Source of the DNA: Nitrospirota bacterium
GTDB lineage: Bacteria; Nitrospirota; Thermodesulfovibrionia; UBA6902
Direction: 5' to 3'
Assembly (NCBI GenBank): GCA_040758255.1
Contig: JBFLVX010000001.1
Span: 132-64,131, forward strand
DNA length: 64,000 nucleotides
Below the pieces are notes generated by a model. It was not told where the DNA came from. It searched no databases and saw only the letters and a program-made list of their open reading frames with translations. Positions 54,086 to 64,000 of this stretch are shown in pieces. Position numbers and translations under genes: made by a program. Every line of letters begins with the position of its first letter. Position 1 is the stretch's first letter.

Positions 54086-55070
54086 TACTTATTTTCTCCT
54101 TGTATGTGTAATAGTTCTTGCCACTATTTTTGATTTCATAAACGGCTTTCATGACACGGCAAACGCAATAGCCACATCCGTATCAACGCGCGTGTTATCG
54201 CCAAAGACAGCGGTTACCATGGCTGCTGTATTGAATCTGGCCGGAGCCCTGACAGGCACTGCTGTGGCTAAAACCGTGGGAGCAAGCCTTGTAGAGGCTC
54301 AATATGTCACTCAGGCCACTGTTGTAGCCGCCCTGTTGTCTGCCATTATCTGGGACTTAATCACATGGTATTTCGCCTTGCCGACATCCTCGAGCCACGC
54401 CCTTTTAGCGAGCAGATTAGGCGCTGCCGTTGCCACTGCCGGGACAGAGGTTATCGTTCAGAAAGGCGTATACAAGGTCTTGATAGGACTGGTGGTCTCC
54501 CCTATTGTCGGTTTTGGACTCGGCTTTCTCCTGATGATGCTGATGCTGCGGCTCTTCGGGAGGTCGCCGATCGCTTTTGTGAATACATTCTTCAATAAAC
54601 TCCAGATAGCATCGGCTGCTTATATGGCGTTCAGCCACGGCAACAACGATGCTCAAAAGACAATGGGCATCATAACAATGGCGCTGGTAAGCTACTATAA
54701 GCTCCCGGACTTCAATGTTCCTTTATGGGTAATGATACTCTGTGCGGTAGCTATGGCTTTAGGCACCGCGTTAGGCGGGTGGAGGATTATAAAGACCCTC
54801 GGCGTGAGGCTTGTGCATCTGCAGCCTATTCACGGATTTGCAGCAGAAGCTTCCGCCGGAACAGTGATAGAGATAGCCTCCAGGTTTGGACTCCCCCTTT
54901 CAACAACGCATATCATCTCATCAACTATTCTCGGGGTCGGCGCAACAAAAAGGGCGTCTGCGGTCAGATGGGGAATCGCAGGGAGAATTGTGATGGCATG
55001 GGTTCTCACACTGCCTGCATGCGCAATCCTGGCGTGGGTCATTTATAAACTGCTTGCAATGACCTTATAG
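54078..55070 (+). CDS. inorganic phosphate transporter, PiT family
   Basis: GFHDTANAIATSVSTRVLSP and SHGNNDAQKTMGII signature repeats; about 10 TM helices. Confidence 0.9.
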   Translation: MHDTYFLLVCVIVLATIFDFINGFHDTANAIATSVSTRVLSPKTAVTMAAVLNLAGALTGTAVAKTVGASLVEAQYVTQATVVAALLSAIIWDLITWYFALPTSSSHALLASRLGAAVATAGTEVIVQKGVYKVLIGLVVSPIVGFGLGFLLMMLMLRLFGRSPIAFVNTFFNKLQIASAAYMAFSHGNNDAQKTMGIITMALVSYYKLPDFNVPLWVMILCAVAMALGTALGGWRIIKTLGVRLVHLQPIHGFAAEASAGTVIEIASRFGLPLSTTHIISSTILGVGATKRASAVRWGIAGRIVMAWVLTLPACAILAWVIYKLLAMTL

Positions 55071-55679
55071 ATACTCTTGCAGTTCTATCTTCCCTGCCCT
55101 TAGAATTTTCAGCGGTGTTGCCGTAGCATCAACAATTGTTGAGGGTTTGCCACCCGGTGTCTCCCCTGCATCAATGAGAAGGTCGACGCTCTCCCCAAAA
55201 TAATCTATAACCTCCTGGGCACTCCTTGCCGGAGCGCTTCCTGAAGGGTTGGCGCTTGTGGCAGTTATGGGAAGCCTTACTCTCCTTGATAGATGAAGAG
55301 CCGCGCTCTCACCCGGTATCCTTACAGCTATCCTGCCGGAACCTCCTGTCAATAATTCAGGCAGCCCGATCACGGCTTCAAATATAATGGTCAAAGGGCC
55401 GGGCCAAAACTTTTCTATCAAAGTCTCTGCCTGCAAAGGAACAGATTTAACAACAGCCCTGAGAGTTTCCATATCGCCGACTATAACGGGCAAAGGCTTA
55501 TTTGCGGGCCTATTCTTAATCTGGCAGAGCCTTTTAACCGCTGCCTTTTCTGTTACAAGAACGCCAAGCGCATAGAAGCTCTCAGTTGGATACGCTATGA
55601 CACCGCCGCCATTGAGAACTTCCAATGCCTTCTCAATAACCTCTCTTTTTGTCTCCGGTTTAAAAGATAATATCTGCAT
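55065..55679 (-). CDS. tsaC: L-threonylcarbamoyladenylate synthase (YrdC/TsaC family)
   Basis: VIAYPTESFYALGV, KNRPANKPL, PGPLTII, TSANPSG motifs of the YrdC fold; 204 aa. Confidence 0.8.
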   Translation of the reverse strand: MQILSFKPETKREVIEKALEVLNGGGVIAYPTESFYALGVLVTEKAAVKRLCQIKNRPANKPLPVIVGDMETLRAVVKSVPLQAETLIEKFWPGPLTIIFEAVIGLPELLTGGSGRIAVRIPGESAALHLSRRVRLPITATSANPSGSAPARSAQEVIDYFGESVDLLIDAGETPGGKPSTIVDATATPLKILRAGKIELQEYL

Positions 55680-55785
55680 TTAATGATTGTAGCACATGGC
55701 TCAGGCTTGATATTGTTTCCCTCCAATATCTATTATATTGACAGACAGCACGATAATTATAATCCCTATAGAGGAGTGAAATAAT

Positions 55786-56397
55786 ATGAAAAAATCCATG
55801 CTTTCAAGAGTTGTAATCTTTCTGCTTATCTTCGGACTTGGTTCCTGTGTAACAATAAACATTTATTTCCCTGCGGCTGCGGTTGAGAAAGCGGCTGACA
55901 GGATCGTTGACGAGGTATGGGGCGGCAAAGAGGATAAACCCGCGGCTCCTGAAAAAGGGAGCGGGCCTCAAAGTTTTATGAATCAGATGTTCAGGTTCGC
56001 ACTTACTGCCATCGGCCCGGCTGATGCCCTTGCACAGGAAGCTGATATCAATATCACAACCCCCGCGATAAGGGCTTTAAAAGAGTCCATAAAAGAGAGG
56101 GCTGGCGCGCTTCAGGCATATCTTGATAAAGGGAATGTTGGAATTGCAAATAATGGGCTGCTTGTTGTCCGCTCTGTTGAAGAAGCAGGGCTTAAAGATA
56201 AGGCTCTCCTTAAGAGGCTCGTTGATGCGGAGAATGCGGATAGGAATAATCTCTACACTGAGATAGCAAAGGCGAATAAATTCCCTCCTGAGAAGGTTAA
56301 AGATATAGGCGAGATATTTGCGAAGAGCTGGATAAGCCAGGCAAAAAAAGGATGGTGGATACAAGACGCCTCCGGCAAATGGAGCGTGAAAGAGTAA
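55786..56397 (+). CDS. periplasmic lipoprotein with C-terminal YdbL-like (DUF1318) domain
   Basis: Lipobox LIFGLGSCVT; C-terminal ENADRNNLYTEIAKANKFP resembles the DUF1318 core. Confidence 0.5.
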   Translation: MKKSMLSRVVIFLLIFGLGSCVTINIYFPAAAVEKAADRIVDEVWGGKEDKPAAPEKGSGPQSFMNQMFRFALTAIGPADALAQEADINITTPAIRALKESIKERAGALQAYLDKGNVGIANNGLLVVRSVEEAGLKDKALLKRLVDAENADRNNLYTEIAKANKFPPEKVKDIGEIFAKSWISQAKKGWWIQDASGKWSVKE

Positions 56398-56424
56398 TCA
56401 TAGGTATATTGTCTAATAGGTGAA

Positions 56425-58104
56425 CTATCTTGTCACCTTAAGCATCTGGCCTACAGAGAGCTGCGAGGTCTTCAGGCTGTTAAGCCTTTTAATCGTTTTT
56501 ATGTCCGTATTGAACTTCTTAGCCACCAGATAGAGCGAGTCTCCCCTTTTAACACGGTATTTGCCGCCCTGCAAGAGGTCGTCTTTTAAAGCAAGGCGTC
56601 TTTCGCCGGCGCTCCGTTTAACCGGGATCTTAAGCGTCTGTCCAACGTAGAGAACGTTCTTCTGCTTTAATTTGTTGACGCTTACAATATCCTGCAAGTT
56701 TGACTTATATTTTGAAGCTATAATGGAGAGCGTTTCGCCGTTTCTTACTTTATGGTAAGCATATTCCTTTCTTGTCCTTGGCGCCGGTTCAGGGGCGATC
56801 CAGTTCGTGATGTTCTCCAGTTTCGCAACCAGATCCTCCCCTTTTCCATAGGGGACTTTTAACGGGTAAGGTGTATTCGGCGTGATATTCTGGCGAAGTT
56901 CAGGGTTCAGATCTACGAGAGTGTCGAAAGATACACCCAGACTGCCCGCGACAGCCTCCAGATGAACCTGTTTATCAATGGTAACGGTCTCAAAAGACGC
57001 TGATTCATATGGCTCTTCAAAGTTGAAGCCGTATTTTTCAGGGTCTTTCATAATATGGAGCGTTGCCAGAAACATCGGGACATAACGCGCTGTCTCACGC
57101 GGCAGCCTTTCATAAAGATCCCAGAAGTTATCAAGGTAGTTTATCTGCTGGCTTTGTATAATTCTTAAGACCAGCCCCTCGCCGCAGTTATAACCTGCAA
57201 GTACGGTGGTCCAATCACCGAAGATACTATGGAGTTCTTTTAAATACTCTATGGCCGCGCCAGTGGCCTTTTCAGGGTCCATCCTCTCGTCAACCCATGT
57301 ATCCCTCGTAAGCCCGAATTTATACCCGGTGGAAGGGATGAACTGCCACATCCCTAAGGCGCGGGCCGGGGAGAGCGCCCTTGCCTTAAAGCCGCTCTCA
57401 ATAAGTGGCAGCCAGGAGAGTTCAGCCGGAAGCCCCGCCTCTTTCAGGGATTTTACTATGGCCTCGCGGTACTTACCTGAGCGGCGGTACGACTCCATAA
57501 AGAAATTACGCGCAGGCCCCTGAAATATTCTGATTTCATCCTCAACATATTTATTCATTATCATGGGTATGGCATCATGAGTTCCGTCAACAGCGGTATA
57601 GCGGGAGGCATAAATCTCCGTTATCCTTTTTGAGATAGTGAACCTCAGATCCTCCTTCTGCTGAAACAGTTCAGGATCGTCGTCTGTCTCAGCCTTAAGG
57701 ACAAGGTTGTATGCCTGGTCAAGGGCGTCTATCGCCTCTTCGAGCTCCCCCTGAGACCAATACTCCTGCGAGGCATCGCATAAGTCCAAAGCCCTGTCAA
57801 GGAAGTTCTGAACCTCCTTCTTTTCAACCCTTGTCGCGCCGCCGGATCTGATATCATCTAAAGCAAGGGATTGTGAGGGCTGCTTCTCATCAACAGAAGC
57901 GCTCACTGCTTTCACAGGAGCTCTTTCTTCTAAGGGAAGGGCGGAGTAGTCCTTATCCTTCTTTGTGGAAGTTATTGAAGAAGTCCGGGAAGCAGGCTCA
58001 TCGCCATAAGGGGTTACATAACCGCCGGTTGAAGCGCATCCGGTTATTAGAAAGAGAGACAGATATGACAAACATCTAAAGAGAAAGTTCCTCATAAGTA
58101 ACAA
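56425..58104 (-). CDS. membrane-bound lytic murein transglycosylase D-like (SLT domain plus two LysM domains)
   Basis: SLT catalytic region LPLIESGFKARALSPARALGMWQFIPSTG; two C-terminal LysM repeats (YHKVRNGETLSIIASKY..., YRVKRGDSLYLVAKKF...). Confidence 0.85.
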   Translation of the reverse strand: MLLMRNFLFRCLSYLSLFLITGCASTGGYVTPYGDEPASRTSSITSTKKDKDYSALPLEERAPVKAVSASVDEKQPSQSLALDDIRSGGATRVEKKEVQNFLDRALDLCDASQEYWSQGELEEAIDALDQAYNLVLKAETDDDPELFQQKEDLRFTISKRITEIYASRYTAVDGTHDAIPMIMNKYVEDEIRIFQGPARNFFMESYRRSGKYREAIVKSLKEAGLPAELSWLPLIESGFKARALSPARALGMWQFIPSTGYKFGLTRDTWVDERMDPEKATGAAIEYLKELHSIFGDWTTVLAGYNCGEGLVLRIIQSQQINYLDNFWDLYERLPRETARYVPMFLATLHIMKDPEKYGFNFEEPYESASFETVTIDKQVHLEAVAGSLGVSFDTLVDLNPELRQNITPNTPYPLKVPYGKGEDLVAKLENITNWIAPEPAPRTRKEYAYHKVRNGETLSIIASKYKSNLQDIVSVNKLKQKNVLYVGQTLKIPVKRSAGERRLALKDDLLQGGKYRVKRGDSLYLVAKKFNTDIKTIKRLNSLKTSQLSVGQMLKVTR

Positions 58105-58166
58105 CCATCATAAATTAAAATACCCCCAAATAGCAAACCCTTCAAGAAGCCGTTTTCAGTCACTCT

Positions 58167-58472
58167 GTGGATTTTTTTTGCGCGGATTTCATATACTTTT
58201 ATCATCAGGCTCAAACAATAATTCAAAAAGTTTCCATGGAATCTTCCGAAACTATTAACAGCATAATAGCTTATCTTCAAGGCAACATTTACGTTACTCT
58301 CGGCCTTGTGCTGCTATTCCTCCTGCTGATATTTCGCAAGCCCAAGATCTTCATTACGATATTTGTCATTGCATTCCTTCTGTTTGGCATACTATACATG
58401 CTCTCTGATGTAACCGAAACAGGGGATGTTCACAGAGAGGAGATGGCAGAGAAAAAAATCCTCAAAGATTAG
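58167..58472 (+). CDS. small hypothetical membrane protein
   Basis: Two predicted TM helices, no motif. Confidence 0.3.
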   Translation: MDFFCADFIYFYHQAQTIIQKVSMESSETINSIIAYLQGNIYVTLGLVLLFLLLIFRKPKIFITIFVIAFLLFGILYMLSDVTETGDVHREEMAEKKILKD

Positions 58473-58475
58473 ATA

Positions 58476-59285
58476 CTATATCTCTCGTTTCAATATTGCT
58501 TCATAAGCCTCCGGTACCCTGTCTTTAAAGATATCATTAAGAGGGTTTAACGCCTTACTCCTTGCCGCCTTCGGATCGAGTTCCGCGATAAGAAGTGTTT
58601 CTTCCTCTGCCGGGGCATTTGCCAACACCTCGCCTCTTGGCGAAACAATCAGGCTTTTGCCTATGAATTTCAGCGGTTTACCTCCCGTTCTATCTTCAGT
58701 CCCGATACGGTTTGCGGTTATGCTGAAGACCCTGTTCTCAAGACATCTCACAGGCATTGCATCAGGGCAGTAAGGCAAGACAAGATTTGAAGGATGCGCC
58801 ACTATCTCCGCGCCGTTCAGGGCAAGACACCTCATCGCTTCGGGAAAGAACCAGTCAAAACATATCATGATGCCGATGCGTCCAATCTCCGTATCCCACA
58901 CCTTAAAGCCCGTGTCTCCGGGACTAAAGTAGAGCTTCTCCTCAAAGTATAGATGGGTCTTGCGGTAGACGCCCATTAAACCATCGGGGCCAGTAAGGAC
59001 AGCGGAGTTGTAAAATTTCTCTCCATACCTTTCAGGAAGCCCGGCAACAATATAAATGCCTTTTTCTCTGGACATGTCGCAGAGAAACTCAGTTGTCTGT
59101 CCGCTCTCAACAGTTTCAGAAAGCTCTGACACCTCGTCCTTTGACCTGAACTGATAACCTGTCGCAAAAAATTCCGGCAGGACAAGAAGCTGCAGGTCGG
59201 CATTTACTAATGCAGACTCAACCCTGTTAAGATTTCCCTCTTTTTTCCAGAATGCCGGATCAAACTGGTAACATCCTGCTTTCAT
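58476..59285 (-). CDS. carbon-nitrogen hydrolase family protein (nitrilase/amidase-like)
   Basis: E-K-C triad contexts LVLPEFF (E), YRKTHLY (K), IMICFDWFFPE (C). Confidence 0.8.
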   Translation of the reverse strand: MKAGCYQFDPAFWKKEGNLNRVESALVNADLQLLVLPEFFATGYQFRSKDEVSELSETVESGQTTEFLCDMSREKGIYIVAGLPERYGEKFYNSAVLTGPDGLMGVYRKTHLYFEEKLYFSPGDTGFKVWDTEIGRIGIMICFDWFFPEAMRCLALNGAEIVAHPSNLVLPYCPDAMPVRCLENRVFSITANRIGTEDRTGGKPLKFIGKSLIVSPRGEVLANAPAEEETLLIAELDPKAARSKALNPLNDIFKDRVPEAYEAILKREI

Positions 59286-59504
59286 TTTAATAAGTTATCA
59301 TCAAATGCCGTAAATTGTCTATCTTTATCACGCACTGTCGGCAGGCGCTGACGGGTATCTCCTGAAGAGTGACGCAGACTCTGAGCTTTCTTCAGCCGTC
59401 TAAAGTGTCCGCCGCAGACGGGACCGAATAAGCAGGTTTTTCGGCGATAACGTCGTGGAAAAAGTTATCAATGGTGCCCTCTGCCAGGTATCTGTGATTT
59501 GGTG

Positions 59505-59831
59505 CTAAAAATTATTTACTAATTCAAGATATTCCTCAGGAGGATTCGAAATCTCAATGCTCATGATGTCACGCAGGCTGTCTATCTTTGAGAAGCTGCT
59601 AACCTCGCAGGGGATATTCACAATATCTTTTTTGAAAGGTATGAGCAGATTAATCCACGAATGCAGGGGAAAGCGGTACCTTGTATTAATGCACATGCAG
59701 TGTTTGGAGGCTTCTGTAGATGTTCCCAAAGAGAGCAGATTGCCGAAAAAAAGCCTTGCCTTAATCTCCATCTGCATTTCACGGCAATCTCTTATTTCTG
59801 AAAGACTGCAAATTCTCATCTCCCCCTCCAA
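59505..59831 (-). CDS. hypothetical protein (108 aa), AT-rich
   Basis: ORF only; no motif recognised; overlapping plus-strand ORF of similar length makes the call uncertain. Confidence 0.2.
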   Translation of the reverse strand: MEGEMRICSLSEIRDCREMQMEIKARLFFGNLLSLGTSTEASKHCMCINTRYRFPLHSWINLLIPFKKDIVNIPCEVSSFSKIDSLRDIMSIEISNPPEEYLELVNNF

Positions 59832-60013
59832 ATAGGGGTTCTTGTAAGAGCATTATATATTGCTAAATAAATATCACATAATGCCCTGCCAGTCAATTTA
59901 AATATATTTATAGCCGGATTTATTTTCCATATTATTTTATTTTCGCAATCAGGCAAATATCGCTTCTTCTTTTGCGCTGCGCTTTTTAGGGCGGGAATCT
60001 GTTAAAATTTATC

Positions 60014-60730
60014 ATGGCTGAAATCCTGAATGAGAAAGATAAGGCAGCCGCCTTAAAGAATATCCAGCTCTTTTCGGAACTGTCCGACAGGGAAGTGCAT
60101 CAGATCGGCGATAAGCTCGCTCCGAAGATATTTAAGAAGAATGAGACCATCCTGTATGAAGAGGATACGAGCGAATTCATGTATATTATCTTGTCCGGCA
60201 AGGTTAAGGTCATAAAGACAACAGGAGAAGGCAAGGAGATAATCCTTGCGATGCATAACGCGGGAAGTTTCTTCGGCGAGATGTCTCTGATAGACGGCAA
60301 GACATCCCCTGCCTCGGTCATTGCCACAGAAGATTCGATCATATCCATTATCTCCAAGAATGATTTCTATTCGCTCCTCTTCGCCCACAAGAAGGTGCTT
60401 GAGACGCTGTTAAAGATATTAAGCTCAAGGCTCCGCACTTCATGGGATACTATAAAACTCCTGAACTTCAACAACGCCTCGCAGAGGATAAGGACATTGT
60501 TCTTCATGCTTGCGGAAGAACACGGCAAGAGAACCTCCGAGGGGATAGTATTAAACGCCAACCTCTCGCATAAAGAGATATCAGAGATGACCGGCCTGAC
60601 GCGCGAAACAGTGACAAGGGTGATGGATAAGTGGCAAAAGGCCGGCGAGGTTGCGATTCTAAAGAACAAGAGCGTGCGGCTGAATCCGGCTTTTCATAAG
60701 CGCGATGATTTAAAGGATTTGCAGGACTAA
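60014..60730 (+). CDS. Crp/Fnr-family transcriptional regulator
   Basis: cNMP-binding fold FFGEMSLIDGKTSPASVIA; C-terminal HTH ISEMTGLTRETVTRVM. Confidence 0.85.
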   Translation: MAEILNEKDKAAALKNIQLFSELSDREVHQIGDKLAPKIFKKNETILYEEDTSEFMYIILSGKVKVIKTTGEGKEIILAMHNAGSFFGEMSLIDGKTSPASVIATEDSIISIISKNDFYSLLFAHKKVLETLLKILSSRLRTSWDTIKLLNFNNASQRIRTLFFMLAEEHGKRTSEGIVLNANLSHKEISEMTGLTRETVTRVMDKWQKAGEVAILKNKSVRLNPAFHKRDDLKDLQD

Positions 60731-60765
60731 TCATTTTCATTTTTGTTGAAATTTTTTTATAACCC

Positions 60766-61908
60766 ATGTCCCTCTTCTTCATAAGCTTTATTCTTATATA
60801 CGCCGGGGTGCATCTATACGCATTCCTTAAGGTAAAGGCCGCACTTCACCCCGGCAAAATGGTTCAGCAGCTTATGGCCTTCTTTCTCATCGCAATGATC
60901 TCAGCGCCCTTCTTTGTCCGCCTATATGAAAAGAGCGGCTTTGAAATATTCGCCTATCTAACAGCACACGTGGGATTCATCTGGATGGGCATCCTATTTC
61001 TCTTCTTCATCTATGGAGTGCTGATAGATTTCTGGCGTCTTTTAATCTTCACAGCCGGAAGCGTTTTAAAAAAGAACCTCAGCGCACTGAGACCTTCCAC
61101 GAAGTTAGCCTTCTTCGTTCCTCTTCTCATTTCTATGACGATAGCGTCTTACGGTTATTTTGAGGCGATGGATGTAACGACAGAGCGTATCAATATAAAA
61201 TCGGAAAAGATACAATCTCAAGCTGGCAGGATAAAGATAGTTCAGATATCGGATGTGCATCTCGGACACATTATCCGCGAAGCGAGGCTCAGTGAGATAC
61301 TCGATAAAGTGAGGGCAGAAGCCCCTGACATGCTAATATGCACAGGAGATCTTGTTGACGGCCTGCGGAGCGACCTCAATGACCTCTCAGGCATGTTTCA
61401 GGAGATAAATCCGAAATACGGAAAGTTCGCCATAACAGGCAACCACGAATATTACGCAGGCCTTGAACAGTCTCTTGAGTTCATTAATAGATCAGGCTTT
61501 AGAATCCTGAGAGGTGAGGGGCTGACAATAAACAACATTATTAATATAGCAGGGGTTGATGATCACGCAGGCATCAGCTCCGGCAGTACAAATAGCGCCT
61601 ATGAAAAAGAGATGCTCTCAAAACTGCCTAAAGATAAATTCACACTCTTTCTCAAACACAGGCCTCTTATTGATGAGAATTTAAACGGCCTCTTTGACCT
61701 TCAGTTGTCAGGTCATACGCATAAGGGACAGATATTCCCCTTCAACTTCTTCGTCGCAAGGTTCTTCCCTTTTATAAGCGGTTATCATCAAATAACAGAC
61801 ATCTCTTCAATTTACATTAGCAGGGGGTCAGGAACATGGGGGCCTCCGATACGATTCCTCTCACCGCCTGAAGTGACGGTCATAGAGCTCTCTACTTTAT
61901 CCTTTTGA
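60766..61908 (+). CDS. membrane-anchored calcineurin-like metallophosphoesterase
   Basis: N-terminal 4-5 TMs; IVQISDVHLGH, GDLVDG, GNHEYY, GHTHKG metal-binding motifs. Confidence 0.8.
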   Translation: MSLFFISFILIYAGVHLYAFLKVKAALHPGKMVQQLMAFFLIAMISAPFFVRLYEKSGFEIFAYLTAHVGFIWMGILFLFFIYGVLIDFWRLLIFTAGSVLKKNLSALRPSTKLAFFVPLLISMTIASYGYFEAMDVTTERINIKSEKIQSQAGRIKIVQISDVHLGHIIREARLSEILDKVRAEAPDMLICTGDLVDGLRSDLNDLSGMFQEINPKYGKFAITGNHEYYAGLEQSLEFINRSGFRILRGEGLTINNIINIAGVDDHAGISSGSTNSAYEKEMLSKLPKDKFTLFLKHRPLIDENLNGLFDLQLSGHTHKGQIFPFNFFVARFFPFISGYHQITDISSIYISRGSGTWGPPIRFLSPPEVTVIELSTLSF

Positions 61909-62440
61909 CGATAGCCTTGAATTTAGGGGTTCCGGCTTTTTCAAGGAGTTGGAACAAAACAGTCTCAGTACAGGTTATCACCGCGCCTGCGTCTCGCATC
62001 AGCTCCCTGCCGGTTAGATAGTCATCTTTTTTTCTTGAGCAGACGGCATCGCTCACAAGATGGACGGAATACTTCTTCAGAAGGCTCAGACAAGTCTGAA
62101 GCACGCAAACATGCGTCTCCATGCCGGTAAGGATGATATGCTTTCTCTTTAGAGAGGTTATCTTCCTGAGAAAACCTCCCCCTTTACAACAGTCAAACGT
62201 CACCTTCTCAAGCGGCTTGTAGGCAGGAAGGGCTTTTTTAATCTCATTGATCGTATGGCCAAGCCCTTTCGGATACTGCTCGGTAACTACGATAGGGATA
62301 TTAAGTAGCTTCGCTGCTTCAAGCAGATGGAGGCAGTTGTTGACCGCCGTCTCCTTCTGCTTCATTACAGCCGCAAGCTTCTCCTGAACGTCTACAATAA
62401 CGAGAACCGAGTTGTCCTTAGTGAGGATGAATTTGTCCAA
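61892..62440 (-). CDS. isochorismatase-family cysteine hydrolase
   Basis: VLVIVDVQEKL, catalytic-Cys context GMETHVCVLQT. Confidence 0.75.
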   Translation of the reverse strand: MDKFILTKDNSVLVIVDVQEKLAAVMKQKETAVNNCLHLLEAAKLLNIPIVVTEQYPKGLGHTINEIKKALPAYKPLEKVTFDCCKGGGFLRKITSLKRKHIILTGMETHVCVLQTCLSLLKKYSVHLVSDAVCSRKKDDYLTGRELMRDAGAVITCTETVLFQLLEKAGTPKFKAIVKRIK

Positions 62441-62449
62441 GATAATTTT

Positions 62450-64000
62450 CTACAACCTCTCTCTGACCAGATTATCAACTACCGACGGGTCTGCAAGCGT
62501 TGATGTATCGCCTAAATCCTCAATATCTCCTTTTGCTATTTTGCGGAGAATCCTTCTCATGATTTTTCCGCTTCTGGTCTTCGGCAGCCCGGGCGCGAAC
62601 TGCATTTTGTCGGGCGTAGCTATGGCGCCGATCTCTTTTCTTATGTGGCTAATCAATGTCTTTTTCAGATCATCTGAAGGTTCATTACCGCCTTTAAGAG
62701 TTACATAGACATATATGCCTTCACCCTTTATCACATGGGGAAAGCCGACAACAGCGGCTTCAGCCACTGTAGCATGGCTCACAAGAGCGGACTCGACCTC
62801 TGCGGTTCCGAGCCTGTGTCCTGAGATGTTGATGACATCATCTATCCTTCCCATGAGCCAGTAGTCGCCGTCTTCATCTATCCTCGCGCCATCGCCTGTC
62901 ATATAATGGCCTGGGAACCTGTCGAAATAGACCTCTTTCATGCGTTTATGTTCAGGATCTCCGTAGGTTCCGCGTATCATGCCGGGCCAGGGCTTATCAA
63001 TAAGAAGGTATCCGCCTTCATTGACGCCCGCTGGCGAGCCATCCTCTTTTACGATCTTCGGAACTACTCCGGGGAACGGTTTATTAGCAGAGCCTGGCTT
63101 TAGCGTCATCGCGCCAGGAAGCGGGGTGATGAGTATGCCGCCTGTCTCTGTCTGCCACCATGTGTCAACTATCGGCAGCCTGCCTTTGCCCACATGCGTG
63201 TGATACCACATCCACGCCTCAGGATTAATCGGCTCGCCTACTGAACCGAGGAGCTTCAGCGAGGATAGATCGTATTTCTCCACCCATTTTTCACCTTCTC
63301 TCATGAGCGCCCTTATGACAGTGGGGGCTGTATAAATTGTATTTACCTGATGCTTTTCGCATATGTCCCAGAACCTCCCTGCATCCGGATATGTGGGAAT
63401 GCCTTCAAACATAAGGCTCGTAGCTCCGGCTGAAAGAGGGCCGTAGACGATGTAGCTGTGGCCTGTTACCCATCCTATGTCAGCCGTGCAGAAGAAGATA
63501 TCCTCGTCATGATAATCAAATATCCATCTGAAGGTGGTGTTGGCATATACCATGTATCCGCCTGTCGTATGGAGCACGCCTTTCGGCGTTCCGGTAGAGC
63601 CTGAGGTGTAAAGGATATAAAGCGGGTCTTCGGCATCCATATCTTCAGGCTCGCAATAATTTTTTATATCTCCTGCTGACATCTCCTCATGCCACCAGAG
63701 GTCCCTGCCCTCTTTCATCTCTATATCCCCGACCCTGCGCACAACTATCATCTTCTCAACCGTAGGGCACTCTCTAACAGCCTCGTCAGCATTTGCCTTG
63801 AGCGGGACCTGCTTGCCGCCCCGCAATCCTCTGTCAGAAGTTATGAGCATCTTTGCGCCGCAGTCCTGTATCCTGCTTCTGAGCGCCTGCGCGCTGAAGC
63901 CACCGAATACTATGCTGTGTATCGCGCCGATCCTCGCGCAGGCAAGCATAGCGATGGCAAGCTCAGGTATCATCGGCATGTATATAGAGACCCTGTCGCC
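62450..64000 (-). CDS. acs: acetyl-CoA synthetase (AMP-forming), N-terminally truncated by the window edge
   Basis: [15 protein letters not shown]-binding motif, [22 protein letters not shown]-terminal [11 protein letters not shown]; the reading frame continues past position 64000. Confidence 0.85.
   Translation of the reverse strand, partial: GDRVSIYMPMIPELAIAMLACARIGAIHSIVFGGFSAQALRSRIQDCGAKMLITSDRGLRGGKQVPLKANADEAVRECPTVEKMIVVRRVGDIEMKEGRDLWWHEEMSAGDIKNYCEPEDMDAEDPLYILYTSGSTGTPKGVLHTTGGYMVYANTTFRWIFDYHDEDIFFCTADIGWVTGHSYIVYGPLSAGATSLMFEGIPTYPDAGRFWDICEKHQVNTIYTAPTVIRALMREGEKWVEKYDLSSLKLLGSVGEPINPEAWMWYHTHVGKGRLPIVDTWWQTETGGILITPLPGAMTLKPGSANKPFPGVVPKIVKEDGSPAGVNEGGYLLIDKPWPGMIRGTYGDPEHKRMKEVYFDRFPGHYMTGDGARIDEDGDYWLMGRIDDVINISGHRLGTAEVESALVSHATVAEAAVVGFPHVIKGEGIYVYVTLKGGNEPSDDLKKTLISHIRKEIGAIATPDKMQFAPGLPKTRSGKIMRRILRKIAKGDIEDLGDTSTLADPSVVDNLVRERL

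Noticed and set aside
1-64000. tRNA genes, CRISPR arrays, IS elements/transposases, integrases
   Set aside because: Intergenic gaps were scanned for T-loop-like GTTCGA/GTTCAA contexts and for regularly spaced direct repeats, and none were found. No ORF showed DDE transposase or tyrosine/serine recombinase motifs. The repeats present are accounted for above.

Overview
This 64 kb window has no rRNA, tRNA or CRISPR array that I could see. It reads as chromosomal DNA from an anaerobic Gram-negative bacterium: signal peptides, an outer-membrane style giant protein, MltD, ArnT-like and AddAB enzymes. Coding density is high, with several low-GC patches that look horizontally acquired. All calls rest on motif reading of the supplied ORF translations and on the raw sequence; no database search was possible. 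There are three notable blocks. (1) 0.4-13.2 kb: a redox-sensing and electron-bifurcation style cluster. It comprises a sensor histidine kinase whose periplasmic domain carries a CXXCH heme-c motif, the HK-like ATPase / DRTGG / PHP regulatory trio, a second HK-like ATPase, a receiver fused to a GcvH-like domain, a receiver fused to a NuoE-like 2Fe-2S subunit, an HndB-like small ferredoxin, a NuoF-like flavoprotein and a NuoG-like Mo-pterin-fold subunit. The NuoG-like subunit lacks the Cys/Sec-His catalytic dipeptide. No hydrogenase H-cluster or formate dehydrogenase catalytic subunit is present. (2) 20.2-22.9 kb: the 5' end of rsmA/ksgA is duplicated as a 41-bp direct repeat flanking a HigB/HigA-like toxin-antitoxin cassette, next to an AT-rich stand-alone HNH endonuclease. 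(3) 30.2-51.3 kb: the candidate novel system. It is a minus-strand locus built around a 1397-aa protein with a complete PgsB/CapB-like (poly-gamma-glutamate synthetase, Mur-ligase fold) domain embedded between large unknown domains. With it are an 1808-aa secreted TPR/LysM-like protein with a beta-rich C-terminus, and a 1087-aa protein whose N-terminus is a tandem duplication of PgsC/CapC-like membrane domains. Also in the locus are PghP-like-fold segments, a CHASE2 histidine kinase plus CheY-like regulator, and a convergent receiver-PilZ protein. This looks like an unconventional poly-amino-acid (PGA-like) exopolymer synthesis and export system. It is split by a low-GC insertion (39.8-41.5 kb) carrying a truncated DUF1016 nuclease gene and a PD-(D/E)xK-like orphan gene. 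The rest is housekeeping: mnmG, rsmA, AddAB-like helicase-nuclease, AhpF-like disulfide reductase, PiT phosphate transporter with its DUF47 partner, TsaC, MltD, an M23 peptidase, RmlD-like reductase, a Crp/Fnr regulator, and a partial acs.
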